Notes: a model not told the origin generated them from the letters alone. A stretch of 64,000 nt of DNA from Haplodiscus bocki (GCA_965655095.1 OZ296654.1:83142001-83206000), one strand, 5' to 3'. Counted from the stretch's first letter, positions 36,519 to 50,330 are shown. Made by a program: numbers and translations.

Positions 36519-36919
36519 ATGGAACAGTTCTTTCTTGTCCCAGCTTCTGAGTTTAACAAGAGTGTGACTACGCAATCTGTTACAAAGTTGGAACTTCCAA
36601 AGTATAAAGCCGAACAACATCTCACATACCAAATTGATTCTCTAAAGAATAACATTAACTAGAAACTGTTTCGCAAAGCAGACACGATAATAGACAAGAT
36701 TTAATCCTCTTCTTTCTTCAAGCTTTCAAATTCGCAAACAAAACTTTTGGATAGTGTTGACACTGGAGTGTTAATCTCAGACTTTACTCTACATTGGCAT
36801 TGAAAAGCGTAGTTGTTCCAGACATTTACTTTACTTCACTCGACGTATCACCTTCTCTAGTTTTTAACCAAAATGCCAAAGCTAAGGATAGAGGAAGCTG
36901 GGTCCCGTTCAAAGTATGA
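36519..36919 (+). pseudogene. Conserved uncharacterised Maverick gene upstream of the integrase
   Basis: MEQFFLVP...AKDRGSWVPFKV*. Homolog at ~62600-63030. Confidence 0.5.
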
Positions 36920-37558
36920 ACGTCAGAAGCTGCAAACAATGTATACGCAGGGTGCCATTGCTTACGTTTCTGTACGCAACTTGGCAAAAACTAGCAGTTT
37001 ATCAGTGTCAAATGTGAGACAGTTCTGAAACTCAAAGGCTTTTTAAATAAAATTTAATTTGGAAACACGAAAATTCAAGAGAATGAGGGCTTTTGCTACA
37101 TTCAAAAGTGAAATTTGGTGCATGGATCTTGCTTACGTTGATAAAATGGCAAAAAAGAATAACCGTGTAAAGTATTTACTAGTTCATCAAGATTTGCTTG
37201 ATAGAACTGTAAATGCTAAACGAATGAAAACAAAAGATTCCCAAGAAACTGTGCAAGCTTTTTCATCCATGATTACAAAAAAACATCGACCGAAAAAGAT
37301 TTGGGCTGACAAGGGGACCCGATGTGCCGGAGCGTTTGAAAACTTTTGTGCTGCAGAAGGTATACAAGTTTACTCTACAAAGAGTGAGACCAGGTATGGT
37401 TTGCTTTTTCGCAAAGGTTACAATCCGCAGTTTACAAGAAAAAGTTCTGAAATTGTAGCAAATGCAACAAAAAAACCACCAGCTTACACAATCAAGGATG
37501 AGAAAAACGAGATTATTCAAGGTAAATTTTATCAAAAAAGCTGATTAAGGTCATTTAA
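36917..37558 (+). pseudogene. Retroviral-like (rve) integrase, internally deleted
   Basis: WCMDL and IWADKG supply two catalytic Asp. The sequence jumps from KSET to RYGLLFRKGY, so the catalytic Glu region is missing; element 2 retains it as SETKASFNER. Confidence 0.9.
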
Positions 37559-37560
37559 TA

Positions 37561-38366
37561 ATGGATTCGTTTACAAAAGAGTTGGTTTCTAACGTTCCTT
37601 GAAAATTGTTTCCAAACAATACACTCAGTTCTCCTACAAACTTTTTACCAGAGCAAGTAAACTTGGAGGGGCAATGGGAGGTTGAAATTTCAGAAATATC
37701 CTACCCATCAATGTACCAAAAAAAACGGGGGGGGGGAATTTCAAGTTTTTTGACGGGAATTTTTCAAAATCTACGTCAACCCACTATCTAGAACCTGGTC
37801 TATAGACTTCCATCACAGACATTGTAGGAGCCATGAATACGTTCATTCAAGGGAGAAACAACCACAACGAAACTTGCATAACAGTCAAGGTTTGTCGCAG
37901 AACTCAAAAATTTATAATTCTTCTTTCAAACGATACCTCTGGTCTTGCCTTCTCTAGCACCGACTTGGGTCACATTTTTAGAAACAATGTGGGAAACAAA
38001 TTTGGGGTACTGATGATAATAAAAGGTCCTCATGAACCCGAATTTACCTACGACATTGTTCGTATCCATTCGATGATGATTTACAGCAATCTGGTAGAGT
38101 ACAACATTTTTGGAGACACAAAACCTCCCTAGCTACGTTGCTTTCCTTTCATCTCAAAGCTAAAGGGAGGAGACATTATAACAACTGGAGAGTACATGAA
38201 CTATCAGACATTCAGTAACCTACAGTTTAAACATCTGCTCAAAAATTCATTTCATAGTATACACATTGATCTGAGAGACACATCTGGTGAAAAAATACCC
38301 TTTGTATCTGTCGGTATTACTCGCCTTGTTCTGATGTTTAGAAAGGTGTCCTACATTCATTTCTAA
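37561..38366 (+). pseudogene. Minor capsid (penton-like) protein
   Basis: FPNNTLSS.TNFLPEQVNLEGQWEVEISEISYP ... MMIYSNLVEY ... IHIDLRD.SG, typical Polinton mCP motifs. Confidence 0.85.
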
Positions 38367-38384
38367 CACATACGGTACTACAAG

Positions 38385-38741
38385 ATGGTTGCTTCAAGAC
38401 AAGTAGAAATTCCATACTAAAGAGGGGTTGGAAGACAGAAGGGAAGGGGACTTGGGGCTCCCGCACAAATTATTGGGAGAACTGCAACTCCATTTTTGCG
38501 TAAATATGTCGTAACAGCGGTGAAACGCATAGTTGCTGACATGTTGGAGTTTGCTGCACCAGAGATTGGAGAGGTTATCAGCGGTAGAAACTCTTTCCAG
38601 TCGGCTGCAAATATTGTGGGAAAGCAAACTCTGAAAAAACAGTTGGGTACCGGTAGCAAACAGAGGAGAATAATATCAACAAAATGTACTAAACAATCCA
38701 GTCAGTCGGGAAGAGACATTTTTACAAACATTTCTCGCTGA
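38385..38741 (+). pseudogene. Small basic protein with a QxGxG motif (candidate core protein, protease substrate)
   Basis: RQKGRGLG...PFLRKYVV...KQLGTGSK. Lies between mCP and MCP. Confidence 0.6.
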
Positions 38742-38743
38742 TC

Positions 38744-40100
38744 ATGTCAAACAACAATTTTTGGTACCAAACCATTTGTGGCAGTGTCTGGAAATAATGG
38801 AGGGAAAGTCCCAATTGCTGACGATGTCCTGTCCTCACATGAACAAGAAATTTATCCAACTACCTCAATTGATGAAAACTGCATAGAGTTTGAATTTCAA
38901 ACGGATCGGAACTATTACGTTGGTTTGACAGTCCTTTTTGGAAATGAATCTCAAATTTGTCGAAAGACGTGGTTACGATACAAACGAGAGTAAGGAAGAG
39001 AAAAAGGAGCACAAAGACGAGTCTGTTGTTTTCACTGAAACTGGAACAGATGACGAAAAAGAACAACAAGAAGTTGCTCGAGTTACCTATGTAAACAACA
39101 TAATGCATTCGATATTTTCAAATGTAGAAGTGTACAGCAACAATCAGCAGATTTACAATCCCCGAGGACTCTATTCACACAAGTCTTACATTTCAAACAA
39201 CTTTAAGGCATCCATCTCTCAAAACAAGGGAGTTATGCATTGTGAAGGTTAAGACTATGAACAGGATCCTGAGGATAATAGTAACCCCCTACCTGATCCC
39301 TTTCTTACAAAGAGAATGCAACTGCTAAGTAGACCCGACGGTTTCAAGTTGTATGGCAATTTGGGGATTGATTTTTTCTCAACTTCTGAACTGCTCTATC
39401 CAAATACAAAAATTACACTGCTGCTAATTAGAGCTAGATCCAATTTTAACATGATTAGCGACAACCCCAATGTCAGTCTTGGAATTGTGGATTGTTCACT
39501 TTACACAGGTCATATTTCTCTCAAGAAGGATTATCACAAAAAGAGAATGGACATGTTCTATTTTGCTCCTGTAGAATACAATTACATGGAAACTTCGGCA
39601 AAAGCTTTCATCATACCTGCGAGACAAAACCAATTCATTCAAGAAAAGATTTTCAACAAAGCTCCTTTTCGTCGAGTCGCAATTGCCATGAACACAAACT
39701 CTGCCTTCACAGGTTCTTTTACTAAAAATTCACTCTAGCATCATTAATTTGATGTCAGACAAATTAGAATACTCAGAGGGGGACAGCCAGTTGTAGATTT
39801 TGATACTGCTGACATTTGTCGTCTATATGTGACTACCCGGAAAGCAATGAATTTTCTGGATGATATTCCCTCAATCCCCAATGATGATTTCAAAGATCAC
39901 TGTGTGCTGGTGTTTGACTTGACTTCAATGCGAGACGCTACTGAAAATTGTCACTATCCGGAAATTGTCTGAGAACCACTGCGACTGGAACCAAATTTTA
40001 GCCAACCTCTTGAAAACGTTACGGAACTCATTGTATTGGGTGAACGAATGTCGTCGGTTGCAGTTTACAAGTTTGGCGTTGTTGGAAAGAATGTGTATAT
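38744..40100 (+). pseudogene. Major capsid protein (double jelly-roll)
   Basis: IYPTTS...IEFEF, NNIMHSIFSNVEVY, ELLYPN, IFNKAPFRRVAIAM, LVFDLT. About 450 codons with frameshifts. Confidence 0.88.
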
Positions 40101-40490
40101 ATGGACAATTTTGCTCTGCAACAAATTATCAATCGTATACCTCTGCTCAAACCTCGGTTCGTTCCCCTCACACTATGTTCCAACTCTTGATAAGGACACT
40201 TTTGCTATTATCAACACGCAACGCAGCAATATGCAGGGTGAAAATGGGATCAAGATTGCAAACTTCCGACACAAGTTGTATTTTGCAGACTCTGTTGGAC
40301 GTAAAGTGTACAGTTTTCTCAACAACCAGCACTACAAGCAGATGATGCCAGCACCCCTACAGTCTCACCCAAGTGTATGCGGCTTTTGTATAAAATATGC
40401 AGCTTCTCGTCCCTTCAAGTTTCGACAGGAAGAAGTTACAGGGGTTCACGATGTTAATGTACTCTCTTTTTTATTAGTAATTATATGTGA
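40101..40490 (+). pseudogene. Adenain-like cysteine maturation protease
   Basis: IINTQ.SNMQGE[N][G] (GEHW mutated), YFADS, LQS.PSVCG. Confidence 0.88.
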
Positions 40491-40582
40491 TTTTGCTATC
40501 TTTGTAGGTATATGTGCAGTTTCAATTATGTTTTTGTCCAATTATTTACAATCTAATTGATTTTTTCAAACAATCACCGCTC

Positions 40583-41169
40583 ATACAGTCTTCTTACATA
40601 ACATTAAGTCACATCAGTATCCGCACACGTAATAAAATAACTATTATTACGCAGGCGTAATAACTATCCGCGCGGGCGGAAGTGATCCGTAGGCGTACGG
40701 GCGGGCCTGCAAGAAAAAATCAGTTTAGAGTTTTTTTTGAAATAGTCTCACAGTGCCGAAGATGAGTCGTTCCATATCTTTATACACTGAAACGAACTTT
40801 ACCCTATGCCTATACATTACGGAATGCTACTGCGTATCCTAATACATGCATCCTATCTTAATAGATGCATTACCTATCTTAATACATTGAGTGGCCTCCC
40901 GGGTTTATATCTTAATACATTGAACCGACACGACTCGTCTCGGCAGCCAATCAGAATCGAACACCCGAGAACCCTCAGCTCTCGGCAGGCAATCAGAATC
41001 GAGTATTACGTCACCCGAGTCGAACATTACGTCAGCCGAGAGCTCTCGGCTATGGGTGACGATGCTTCTCGGCTCTCGGATCGAGTCGGCTCGCTTTAAC
41101 CTATCTTAATACATGAGGGTCTTAATCCCCACCCTACAGCCTACCAGCTCAGCTCACACTCTCACTACT
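40583..41169 (-). repeat. Maverick 1 right TIR
   Basis: Inverted copy of the left TIR; ends ...ctcactact (AGTAGT on the minus strand). Confidence 0.93.
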
Positions 41170-44020
41170 CTGCAGTTATAATCGCGCTCGGATTGAAGTG
41201 AAGTCACCTCAACTTCGGCTCTTTTTCTTGGTTGATTTGGGCTTGATGGTCCTTTTACGCAACGACAGGTTGGAAGTAGCAATTAACTAGTTCAGTTTCT
41301 CATAATCATGTTTCGAGGCGTTCTGTTCCAAGTGGAATTCGGATGGTGTATCGTTTGCCTTTGAAATCGATTTAAAGTACCTCTGTAAAGCTGAGAACTT
41401 GCCCTTGGGGATTAGTTCTGTTTCGCAGATGAACTGGTCGTTTTGTGCTGCTAATGTTGGCTTTGTCTGAGTTTCTTCAACTTTGGCTTTCAAAGCAAGT
41501 TTGTCTTTCGATCTGCAATTCTTCTTTTTATTATTGAGTTTTTTATTTACGCGAGACGCTTCGTTCCGACCCAAGGTGCTATGAAAACACAGTGATTAGT
41601 TTTGATGGGAAGAAAAGCTTGCGAAAGCTCCTGAAGCCAATTATACCAGAAGTCTACAAAAAGATCTATCCTGCTTTTGCAGTATAGGTTAAAAGGATGA
41701 CCAAGTATGAAATGGTTGATTTCGTTTCAGTTTGCGTTTCTGTACGCAAATAATGCGAAGTCATCTTTTGGCTTGGGAGTGCATGTGTTGGTTAAAAGAA
41801 TCTGCTGTTTTTGATGAAAAGCGGGGATTGTCAGATGAGAATAGGTGTTTCATTTAGTTATTGATGTTTGAAGTGGAATTTTTTTGCAGTTTAATGCAAA
41901 GGAAGATGTCGAGACTTTTCCCTGTCGAAGTAAAAAGGATTTGTTGGAATTTGTTCGGTTAGTCTAAAGAGTTTGATGAATTTCTGAAAATGATCAGTCG
42001 TCCATGAGTAGTGACTGACTTTTGGGGCACTATAGAGGCATAATAAAGTTACTGGGCTCCTTATGTTAAGAAAGATGATTATGCAGTCTGGGAAGTCAGA
42101 CATGATTTCCTTGTTCGGTATTTTTTTGGTAAAAGCAATGAGCACGCCGTCGTGTTTTGTGTTGCTGCCGTCACTGGGTCTGGCTTTTCAGTTTTACTTC
42201 ACAGCTTGATAGGATTAGTACAGATTCTGAAATGTGTTCCGTTAGCCAAGTCTCAGTTAGGCAGATGATAAAGTAGCAGTTATTGCTTTGAACAGCGATT
42301 GAGAAAGCAGCTCTTCTGTGGTAGTCGAGAATGCCTCCTGTGTTGAAGACAAGTATGTTGAGGACAATAGAGAGTCAGGTAGTACCACTGCCCAACATTT
42401 TACCGTTTTCTCCGTCAGGTGTCCATTTGTTGCCGTTTGGAATGTATAGTTCACCGTCGTTGACTCTTAAACTTCTTGGGTTTGCACCTTGTTGTAACAG
42501 TTCGTGTGTCTTGATAAGAACCAGGTTTTTGCGTTCTGTTTCTTTTTAGATAGTAAACGGCTGAGGAAAACGGGCCTATCAAGAGACTTCATTTTGCAGG
42601 CCGATTTGAGAATTATGCATCTTTGTCATGGGTTTGGCACTTTGAAGAGAATTGTCTTAGTTTTGTTTGTATCGTATTTGTCGAGTCGTGTTATATCGCC
42701 TATTGTTCTTATTGCTGCTTCAATGTTCGTAAGTTCCGAGACTTTTTGAACTTAATCGAAGTCGTGCTCTTGACGGCAGCGAGCATCATCTTTCTTGGAT
42801 TCGGGAGTTCCTTTGATTCGAGTTCCGCCCAAGGTTTGTTTGACACGGGTGGTCCATATTGCAATTTGAGCGATCTCAATGAGCGACGGTTCTGCGAGTT
42901 TGTTTCGTACCATGAAAGTTTTCATTTCAGAGACAGAGCCAGCCCAGCCATTTCTTTCTCAATCTTTTGTAGTTCGTGGCTTTGCTGGCTTTTCGTTTCT
43001 GATTCCTTGATGAATTTGTCTGGTTGCTTGTCATCCACGCATGCGCTACACACTAAGGGGCGTTTTCCGGAAGCTATAGTGCCTTTGATTGCACCCTCGT
43101 TGAAGTAGGTGAACTGCTTTGTAAGGTGAATTCGACAGCCGCATATGAAGCAACCAAAAGAGCTCCCAGTTTTTGCGATAGTTTCGGAACACGTTTTACG
43201 GCAGTCAGTTGCCCATTTGGTTCGCCTTCTGAAGCTATATTTTGACATTTTTCTTTGCTTGTGGGGCTTAGAGCCAGAGACTCGACAAGCACGCCCTGCT
43301 TCGATAATGAAAGTTGGACAGTGGGAACGAGAACTCACCGTAGCTGTGATTGACAACTTCTTCCTGTTGATGTTTTCTTTTGGCTTCACGTTTTTCACCA
43401 GTTGTTCCTCTTTTTATTTGTCTTCTTTTGAAAAATTGCTTGTTGTTAGAGTAGTAGTGTGGCAAAACCCCCATTGAGCGAAAATAAAGTTCAGGTGACT
43501 GGTGTAACTTTTTGTATTCGGTGAGCGTAGATTCGTCAAGCTTTTTGGAGGCACTGATGATGTGCGTTGCCACGTCGGTGACATAACAGTTGAGAGATTC
43601 AAAAAGAACGTCGAAGATAAGCGGCACTCCTTCGTTTTGAAAAGTGACTACTCAAGATATATATTGGAGTTTTTTTGATAGTGGAAACAAGTTGTTCATT
43701 TGTTTGAGAAAGTATCGTCTTTTTCGCATGTGATGTGATAGTTTTGTTTAATAAATCGTGCCAGAGCACAATATAAGGACTTTCAAGGGAAGGAGACGAT
43801 AGGTAGTCATAAACACAGTTACAAGTGAAGGGACAGAAGTTCAGGGCAGGAGAAGAATATGCAAGCTCGCTTACAGTAACCTGATCTTTTTTGTTCAATG
43901 TTTTCAGTGAACGATAATTGTAACTTGCAGTAACTACTAATTCGAAAAGATAAATGAAGAACCAAAGAAGGAAATGGGAAAAACGAATAATAAAGACTTT
44001 AGTTGGATTGTGTGGAGTCA
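41170..44020 (-). mobile_element. LINE 5' half: APE endonuclease, Cys/His-rich ORF1 and an upstream SGNH-like ORF
   Basis: TETWL (~42250), HDGVLIA (~42150), CFICGCRIH...CSAC in ORF1, and WHDLLN...LHQ upstream. Reading NCYFQ...IITA leads directly into the ALGP segment left of Maverick 1. Confidence 0.8.
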
Positions 44021-44159
44021 CGGTCGGATTGATGATCCAGTCCGTTCGTCTAGATAAGTGGCCAGCGAAGTAGCAAAAAGTACTACTTCTTGTGAATCCT
44101 TGTCGATATTCTCGGGGTTAGTAGCCACAGTCTACTTCACTTCAATTGCTCTCAAGAGC

Positions 44160-47049
44160 CGAACAGTTGAACGACCATTGATAGTGAAATTTGTTCGCAG
44201 GCGCACCAAATTCGAGTTGATGACTCGCAAGAAAAAACTGCGGGAGTCAGAAAGCGCGCTCTACATCAGCGAATATTTTACTTTCCTACGAGCAAAAAGA
44301 GCAGCCACATTTCGTACCAAAGGCGATTTGAAAGCAGTGTCAAGGCTCAATGAGAAAATTACTGTGTATGACGATGATGGCAACAAAATTTAAATTCGAC
44401 AAAGTTGCAGAGCTGTACAGATGGGGTAAATCGTTGATTCTAATAGCTTGCATAGACCAAATGGTTGTTTGAGTAAGGACCTTCTCAAAATCAGAAAAAT
44501 TTTCAAACAAAGGAAGGAAAAAAATATTGAGTGCCTTCTCCACATGAACATGCGTTCAATTTCAAAAAGCTTTGAAATGCTTCATGCCTACATTGAAACT
44601 GTTGAGAAGCCTTTTATTCTGTGAATAAACGGATCTTGGTTGGAGTAAAACATTGAGTTGGGTATTTGTGGTCTACCGGGATATTCGTTTTGTTTGTATG
44701 ATGTCGGTAAATTGCGCGATGAAGGAATGATTTTATATTTTCCTGAAGTTATTTGACCTAAAGAAAAAAATTGAGTCCTCGCTGATCATAGTAACTACCA
44801 ACGACGCGAAAAAGGATAAAAACACGTTTTTAGCGGCATGTTTGTAAATTTCGTTTTCGGTTTGCAGAAATACGTTGATCACGGGTTTTGTAGTTTGTTG
44901 CGTACTCTGATTACCTTTGAAGTTCCTTGCTTGGTGTTAGGAGACAGGAATTTTGATTTGTTTGGATAAACTGCAACATCAGTACAGTACATGCAAGTAT
45001 TTTAAGAAAAACTTCTCAAAAGAATTTTTTGCCCCCACTCGTGAAAAATCGATCACATCTACGTAATTGGACCATGTTATCCATAAATCCAATTTTGATG
45101 CCCGAGCAGGAGTGAAAAAAACTGGGCGTAACGGATCATTTTTCTACCTTTGTTGTTTCTGTCTTAACTGTGAGTCTCTTCAGAAAAAAATGAAAACACT
45201 TCCGTTCTTGAAAAAGCAGGAAGCATTCGCATTTTTTCCTAATGACTTGAACATCCGGTTTCAGTCTTTTCCTTTTGCGCAAAATCTTGACAACCAATAT
45301 GACAACTTTTTGTTGCTGTCATGCTGTCATCGTGCAGCGTACGCTAATAAAAATAGCTAAGAAACCTAAAATTGCGTGCATTACCAATGAAGTTGAAAAT
45401 CTTGTTAACAAGAAAAAGATTTTTTAACGTACGTTTTGTAAAACTAAGAGTCCGGTCCATGAAAAGCGGTACAAAACTTGTCGGAACAAAACGGCTCTGC
45501 TGATAGAAACAACAAAGAAGCAGTAATATGGAAGAAAACTTAGAGAAAAGTTAAATAATCCGAACAAGTTTTTCAGAGAATCCAAGTCTTTATGCTGAAG
45601 AGTCAACTTGGAATCTCTATTGATTATCGAAAATAAACCATGTAGAACTTGCGATAGACGAATTGGAAATTGCAAATTCCCCCAACGGGAAAATTGTTAA
45701 GATGAACAAAAATGGTCTTGATAGTCCCCAGACTTTTTATATTTGAAACATAGGCAACGATTGAAAAACTTTCGTTTTTCTTCCCTATCGATCTGAACGA
45801 CCTTTTGAAAGGAATATTTCAATTGAAAAAATGCTCCTGGTATTGACAGCATTACAACAAAATTTTTGAAATGCAGTTTCAGTTTTTTTTGTAAAGGGGT
45901 TTTCTTTGTTTAATCCCTTCAATTCCCTTCTGCGTGAAAGCATTTTTCCTCAATGCCTAAAACCAGCACGTGTCATTCCTCTGTACAAGAAGTGTTCGAA
46001 AATTAAAATTTAAAATTGATAAATATCGATTTTTACCTTTTTGCCATGTCTGAGTAAAATCTTTGAGCGAGTCTTGTATGATAGAGAGTTTTTGATTTTC
46101 TGGAAGAACATGATATTCTGTATGAAAAACAGTTTGGTTTTCGTGCAAAACGTTCAACTGTTCATGCATTGATAGAAACGTATGTGAATTACTCCTTTTG
46201 GGTCAAAATTCAATTGAGAAGGAATCATTTGGTACTTACCTTGGAAAAAAGATTGATGAAGAATTGGCATTTATTGATCATATCTATGACATTGTGGAAA
46301 AAACTCCCAAACATCTGTCAGTTATTGCACGTTTGATGCATAAGGTCAGCAGATTCTTTCTGCTACGTTCTTATACTGTTTATGTGAAATCTGTAGCGCA
46401 TTATGGACTTCTAGTTTACGTTTGTACTTCCAAAACCGTCCCTAGACCTATTTCTTCTTTGCAGAAAAAAATCCTCATGCTCATCTACTTCAAAGAGCAA
46501 AGATCGACCACTGAAGACCTATTCGAGTTATCTGAGGTTCTTTCAATATACAATTTGTATACAGTAGATTTACTCAAGTTTGTAATACTTGCCATTCGTA
46601 GTAAATGTCCAAATGAACAGCTGAATAGTTTTTTCAGAATAAAGTTAAGTACATCTTTGATGGCATGGAACATAAAAACTGGGTTTTAAGAACTGCCTCT
46701 CGCGAACTGTAAAATTGAAATACTCGTTAAAGCATCGCGGTGCTAGACTTTTGAACCATATATTTGGAAAAAATCTTACCTTTGTCGGTTTGATTCTAAA
46801 CAGTCAGGTTAGTAAAAACTTAAGTAAATACATCCAGAATTTTGTTGTTGTCCACAAGCTGAGTGAAGTTGTTTTCGATGTTAAACCATACTAGTCAAAG
46901 TCAAATGTTGTCAAGCTTCTCAATTTATCTGGTTGTTTCCCTCACATGGGTCCTCATGTTTTAGGTGATTTTCGCCTTTAGGAGGGTCCCTTTTGCTATT
47001 TGTTTTATGAGTTGCCTCAAAAGTAGTCTCTGAGTATCAGAGAAATAAA

Positions 47050-47081
<32 letters not shown>

Positions 47082-47085
47082 CTCT
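44160..47085 (+). mobile_element. Second LINE (CR1/L2-like), internally deleted and rearranged, with a (CTTT)n 3' tail
   Basis: ORF1 end PLIVKFVRR; endonuclease LLHMNMRS and PTR...LDH; FPQCLKPARVIPLYKK, QFGFR, YLG.KIDEEL; then aataaa and (cttt)n at 47044-47085. Confidence 0.82.
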
Positions 47086-48198
47086 TGTTGAGCTTTCTGA
47101 TGCTTTTACTTGCATTCTATTTTCAAGACACTGAATTCCGATATTTCTCACATTGCAGTTTCTATCTAATGTTCGGAGTATTTAGTCGTCTGCGAATTGA
47201 GACTTGGGTTAGCATCTGCTGGGTCCTGTATGAAGTCAATAGATCAAAGGGACAAGATGAACAACACGCGCTGTCGCAGGCTGCCGCCTGTGACGGCCTA
47301 GTATACTCTGTCAATTACAATGGGCAGAACTCAGGTACGCAGGTACATGCTTTGCCCTTATTTGAAGATTAAAATAATTATAAACATAAACAATTTGCTA
47401 GATAGATATTTCCCCCATTTTGAAGTTATGTTTTATATAGATTTACATATTAATATATAAAAATACATATATGATCATATAAATATTTACGTATTTAATT
47501 GCAAAATCCATACAAATATCGATGAAGCTTGTATCATGAAGGAAAGGTCATAGACAAATGTTTACGGCTTGCAACTTATCTGCAGTCTTATACTCAAATT
47601 TGATTGGTCAAAGACAAGTACGCGTATCTAACACTGACCAACCATTAGCGCTGCCAGAACATGGTCAAAATTGGTCACTGGGACCTAATTCTGACCACTT
47701 TGCTCAGTGCGTGTGGTCGCTTCCAAACAAAAGGCGAAATACGTTCAAATGTAATCAGAAAGCCAATGTATGAATAGACTCAACTAAAAAATGTTGCTAT
47801 GTACTTATATAAACATATAATTATGGGATTATGTGCCATGAAATTATTTAGTGCTGATTATTAGTAAATCATGAGTGAAAAGTATTACCTGGTCAAAAAA
47901 CGGTCATAGTGCCCACTTTTGACCACCATATTTTGACCTAAAGTTAAAACCTGTGCATGAAGCTTAATATTAATACTCTTGCCATATTTAGTATAATATA
48001 ACTATATTTAACCATCCATTATATGAAATACACATGTAAACATGGTTTCATTGTCCCTGAACATTTATCCAATTTCCATGACCGTATTTTGGTGGTCATG
48101 GTTTTGTGGCATATATATTCTTTGATGTTATACATGTTACTATTTTTAAAACTGATGTCATGATGACGAAACATATATTGCGGGTTAAATCTCTTTGA

Positions 48199-49235
48199 TG
48201 TTATTTATATTACTATTTTTTAAAGATGATATCACTATGACAATATACTTAACCCGAGCCTAACCCTTTGATGTCCTATTTATAAATAGAACCGAGAGAA
48301 TGATGTCAATGGACTGCATTATGTGATTGGAGAACGAGGTAGGAGGAAATGAAGTGGAGTGATACTCAGGAAGGAAAACGGAAACAGGAGAACACAAAAA
48401 CTCGTCATACGAAACAGTTGAACTCAACAGGAAAGACTTGTTATACAAAACAGTTGAGAAGAAAAATTGTGTTCATCAAAAACAGTTGAGAAGATAACTT
48501 TAAAACTGATACTATTCTTTTATACCAAACCCTTCTGTAAATTTCACGGTTTAAAACCGGTATTATTCTTCGTGTTCGTTAAATCTCTGCGAATTTCTCT
48601 GTTTAAAGTACAACCTACTCTTCAGGTCATTGTTGACTCCCATCGTTATTGTAATTCAGTTATTAAACAAACATGGTTTCTACTAGAAAGAAAAGACAGT
48701 CGAACAAAAGACTCCTCAGCCAATTAGACGATTTTGATCAAGATATGATTATTGGCAACACTGCAAACGAGAGGCAAGAAAGTGTTGAGGTCAATGAAGG
48801 TACTAATGACCGAGATTTTACTGTTGGTACTTCTAATGTTAGTTCGTTAATTAATGAAAATGCGTTGAACGTAAAGACTTTGGAAAGGTGTTTTAACGAA
48901 AGGATTGATCGAGAAATGTGTTATATTGTTGATACAGTTGAAGATAGGACACAGAATGAGATTTTGACCGCCATCGATAACATTGTTGCTCCAAAAATTG
49001 AGTTAGCTATTAGGTCAATAAATGCATCCTCTGGACGGGATGTGGCCAATGCGTCTGGAAACTCAGAACGTAGGGAATATGAGGGGATTAATGCCTCTTT
49101 TGAAAACGCATCTGAAAACAACAGAACATTAGGTACAACACATATAAATGATGAGACTCGTTGCAACTCTCACGACGGAGTAAGCGAATTGCCGGACCCG
49201 GGAACACAGTTTGACCGGCAATCACCCACTCATTA
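48199..49235 (+). mobile_element. LTR (TGTT...AACA, about 48199-48673) plus truncated gag-like ORF, probably Gypsy-like
   Basis: TATA-like tataaata inside the LTR. The LTR ends CA followed by TGG. ORF 48673-49320 begins MVSTRKKRQ; its last ~30 codons come from unrelated sequence. Confidence 0.6.
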
Positions 49236-49249
49236 CGTGCCGCCAGGGG

Positions 49250-50330
49250 GAAGTAGCGAGGGTCATCACACGCGCACTTGTGACTTCCAGATTCGAAGCA
49301 CTGTTGTTTGTTTTGACTAACACTTCACTCAAACTAACGCACGAGGGCAAAAAATGGAAGAGTCTACCGACAAATCATGAGAGTTGGGTTTGGTCAGGGT
49401 AAATGATTGGCCCTTCGTTGAAATTTTTGGCAAACCAAATTGCAGTAGTTCCAGATTTTAGTCTGGAGTGTCCTCGAACGTTTTTTACAGAGAGTCCAGC
49501 AATGATGAAACCTTTAATTGCTGAACGTTCATTTCCAAAACCAAACTGATTTGCGTTCAGTTTGTGTCCGCATTGTTCATTCAGTACAGATAGAAACAGC
49601 CGATCTCAGACTTCCAGGATGCAACATGGTAAGCTTTTGACTCTCTAGCGTCTAACAACAGATTAGATCCCATCTCTCAGAATGGTCCCTATCTGACCAA
49701 ATTTCCAGCACTTTGCGTATGCTTTTTTCAAGATTATTACCTGAAACACTAAGCTGGGTAATTTGCTGTGAAAAATTGAGCAGTTTTCCAGGAGTGAGAT
49801 TCTCAGTTTAGGTATCGAGACCAGTTGTTCGATTCTAAATTTCTGAGAATGGCAATTGCATCTTCGTAGTTCACTCGGAAACCATGAACAATTCTATTTT
49901 GAATGTCTGTATTCTTATTTTTCATTGTTCAGTTATCTAAAGAATTGATTAACTTGCTGAACCCTTTCTCGGCCATTGTGACTTTAGAATAAGAAAAGAA
50001 AGACAGTTGACAGAATACACTGCCGTTTTCCTATTGAATTCAGATGCCTTTGAAAATTGCTGAATTAACGGCGTTCTGAGATTCCAATTTCGCACATGCT
50101 GAGTTCGTCAATTTCCGATTGATTTGCTTCCCTTTCCACTTCCATCAGCTCTAAATTTTTCGACAGAGAGAAAATTGTCACCAGTTTTGTTCTTATAACG
50201 AAATTTCTGACCCAATGGGGGTCCTTTTTGGAGTGGTATCTCTGCTCGGTAATTTTGTTGCTTTCGAGATATCATAGTGTGATCAATCAAGACTTTATCA
50301 CGCGTAACAGAGGTTTGTAGGTATGTAAGG
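49250..50330 (-). mobile_element. Degraded BEL/Pao-like gag region
   Basis: Minus-strand FSY.K and NYEDAIAIL, resembling DUF1759-type gag motifs. Confidence 0.4.

Larger units (their letters stand above)
21734..41169. mobile_element. Polinton/Maverick (adintovirus-like endogenous virus) element 1, near-complete but pseudogenised
   Basis: Long TIRs; the right terminus reads AGTAGT on the minus strand. Carries pPolB, FtsK/A32-type ATPase, rve integrase, mCP, MCP and adenain protease. Confidence 0.96.
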
